Positions 62,906-64,000 of a DNA stretch of 64,000 nucleotides are shown in pieces. The stretch comes from Mobula hypostoma. Taxonomy: Eukaryota. The position numbers and the translations under genes were made by a program. The stretch's first letter is position 1. Every line of letters starts with the position of its first letter. Where the stretch lies: NCBI RefSeq assembly GCF_963921235.1, contig NC_086097.1, positions 163,930,001-163,994,000 of the forward strand, in the 5' to 3' direction. Under the pieces are notes generated by a model. That model worked only from the letters and a program-made list of their open reading frames with translations, searched no databases and was not told the origin of the DNA.

Positions 62906-64000
62906 AAGCAGGCTGGAAAACTTCCAGGCTTCACAATCAGAGTGTTAAAGAGCTGTTAAAAGTGTTAAGAGAATGCAAATAATCATGTGACGATGTGGGG
63001 TGTTGGTATTTATTATTGTCACATTGAGAGTTTTGTTTTGCAGACATGCAGACAGGTCATGCCATACATAAGTACATTGAGGTAGTAAAAAGGAAAGAGA
63101 ATGGAGAATATACTACAGCAGTTACAGCGAAAGTACGGTGCCGGTAGACAAATGAAGTGCAAGAGGCATGACGAGATTGATTAGGAGATCAACAATTCAC
63201 CATTTAGCATATGAGGGTCTGGTAATAGTAGGATAGAAGCTCTCCATGAGTTTGGTGGTACATGCTCTCAAACTTTTATATCTTCTGCCCAGTGGGGGAG
63301 GGGAGAGGAGGGACTAAGTGGGTGAGTGGGACCTTTGAGTTAACTGCTTTTCCGAGTCAGCAGGGAGTGTCGATGGAGTCAAAGTATATAAGGCTGCTTT
63401 GTGTGATGGACTGGACTGCATTCTCAACTCTCAGTAATTTCTTACAGTTTTGAGAAGAGTAGTTGTCATACCAAGTCGAGATACATTCGGATAGGATGCT
63501 TTCTATGGTGCATCTTTAAAAATTGGTAAGAGTCATCAGAAACATGCTAAGTTTCCTTAATCTTCTGAGGAAGAGTGGTATTCATCTTCCTTGGATATAG
63601 TGTGCATATAAGGATCAGGGATGGACAGAGGTGTGAATCTAGATTGGGTGGGAGAGCGGCAAAGAATACTCAGATCATGATCTGGTAACAAATAGGCTAG
63701 GAACAAATGATAAAATGGAGAGAGTTGACAAATGTTAGAGGTGGTGATAGACTTTACGGATGGTGTGTTGGATCTGAATGTCTTCCTGCTCTTCCCACCC
63801 CACAGGCCATTCTGCAAAACCACATTCCTCAAGGTGTTACCTTCAGTTGCATGGTTTCCCAAGGCCTGGAAAGCTTGGTTAAATGAAGGGGAACAACTAT
63901 ATTTGATTATTTAAAGACTTGCCTGCGCGGCCCCTGCCCCTCATCCACTTTCATTGAAAGTGACAATGGATAGAATAAGAACTGCTCAGATTCTCTAGTT

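Noticed and set aside
34476..64000. Next PTPRM exon (expected ITYKAVSSFD...YPGTTY-like)
   Set aside because: No matching peptide found by eye or in the ORF track; LHPGT* near 60470 has no supporting context. The exon probably lies beyond the window, though a missed exon cannot be excluded without tBLASTn.

Overview
Vertebrate intronic DNA, probably from a cartilaginous fish such as a ray (inferred from the CR1, Rex-Babar, Penelope and Deu-SINE repeat content). It holds two consecutive + strand FN3-domain coding exons of an R2B receptor tyrosine phosphatase, best matching PTPRM (<1-191 and 34366-34475). They are separated by a 34.2 kb intron, and the following intron runs past the window end. 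Most of the rest is nested, decayed transposable elements. The standout is a young, complete L1 retrotransposon (8223-14139) with a perfect 16-bp TSD and both ORFs open but pointing away from each other: ORF2 on the - strand, and 5'UTR+ORF1 on the + strand. The junction sequences indicate a full-length, loss-free 5' inversion (twin priming) with its breakpoint inside an unusually long (~0.7 kb) inter-ORF spacer. The L1 lies in the gag of an old Gypsy element. That Gypsy itself splits a Rex-Babar LINE and also carries a CR1, a Tigger-like element with a long hairpin, and a 29-bp minisatellite. Other oddities are a TSD-flanked, internally deleted CR1 with an in-frame ORF1/ORF2 fusion, local inverted duplications, decayed Penelope hammerhead-ribozyme motifs, a TIR element with an apparent 6-bp TSD, and an R4/Rex6-type LINE relic. 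Boundaries of decayed repeats are approximate, and family assignments come from motif recognition, not database searches.
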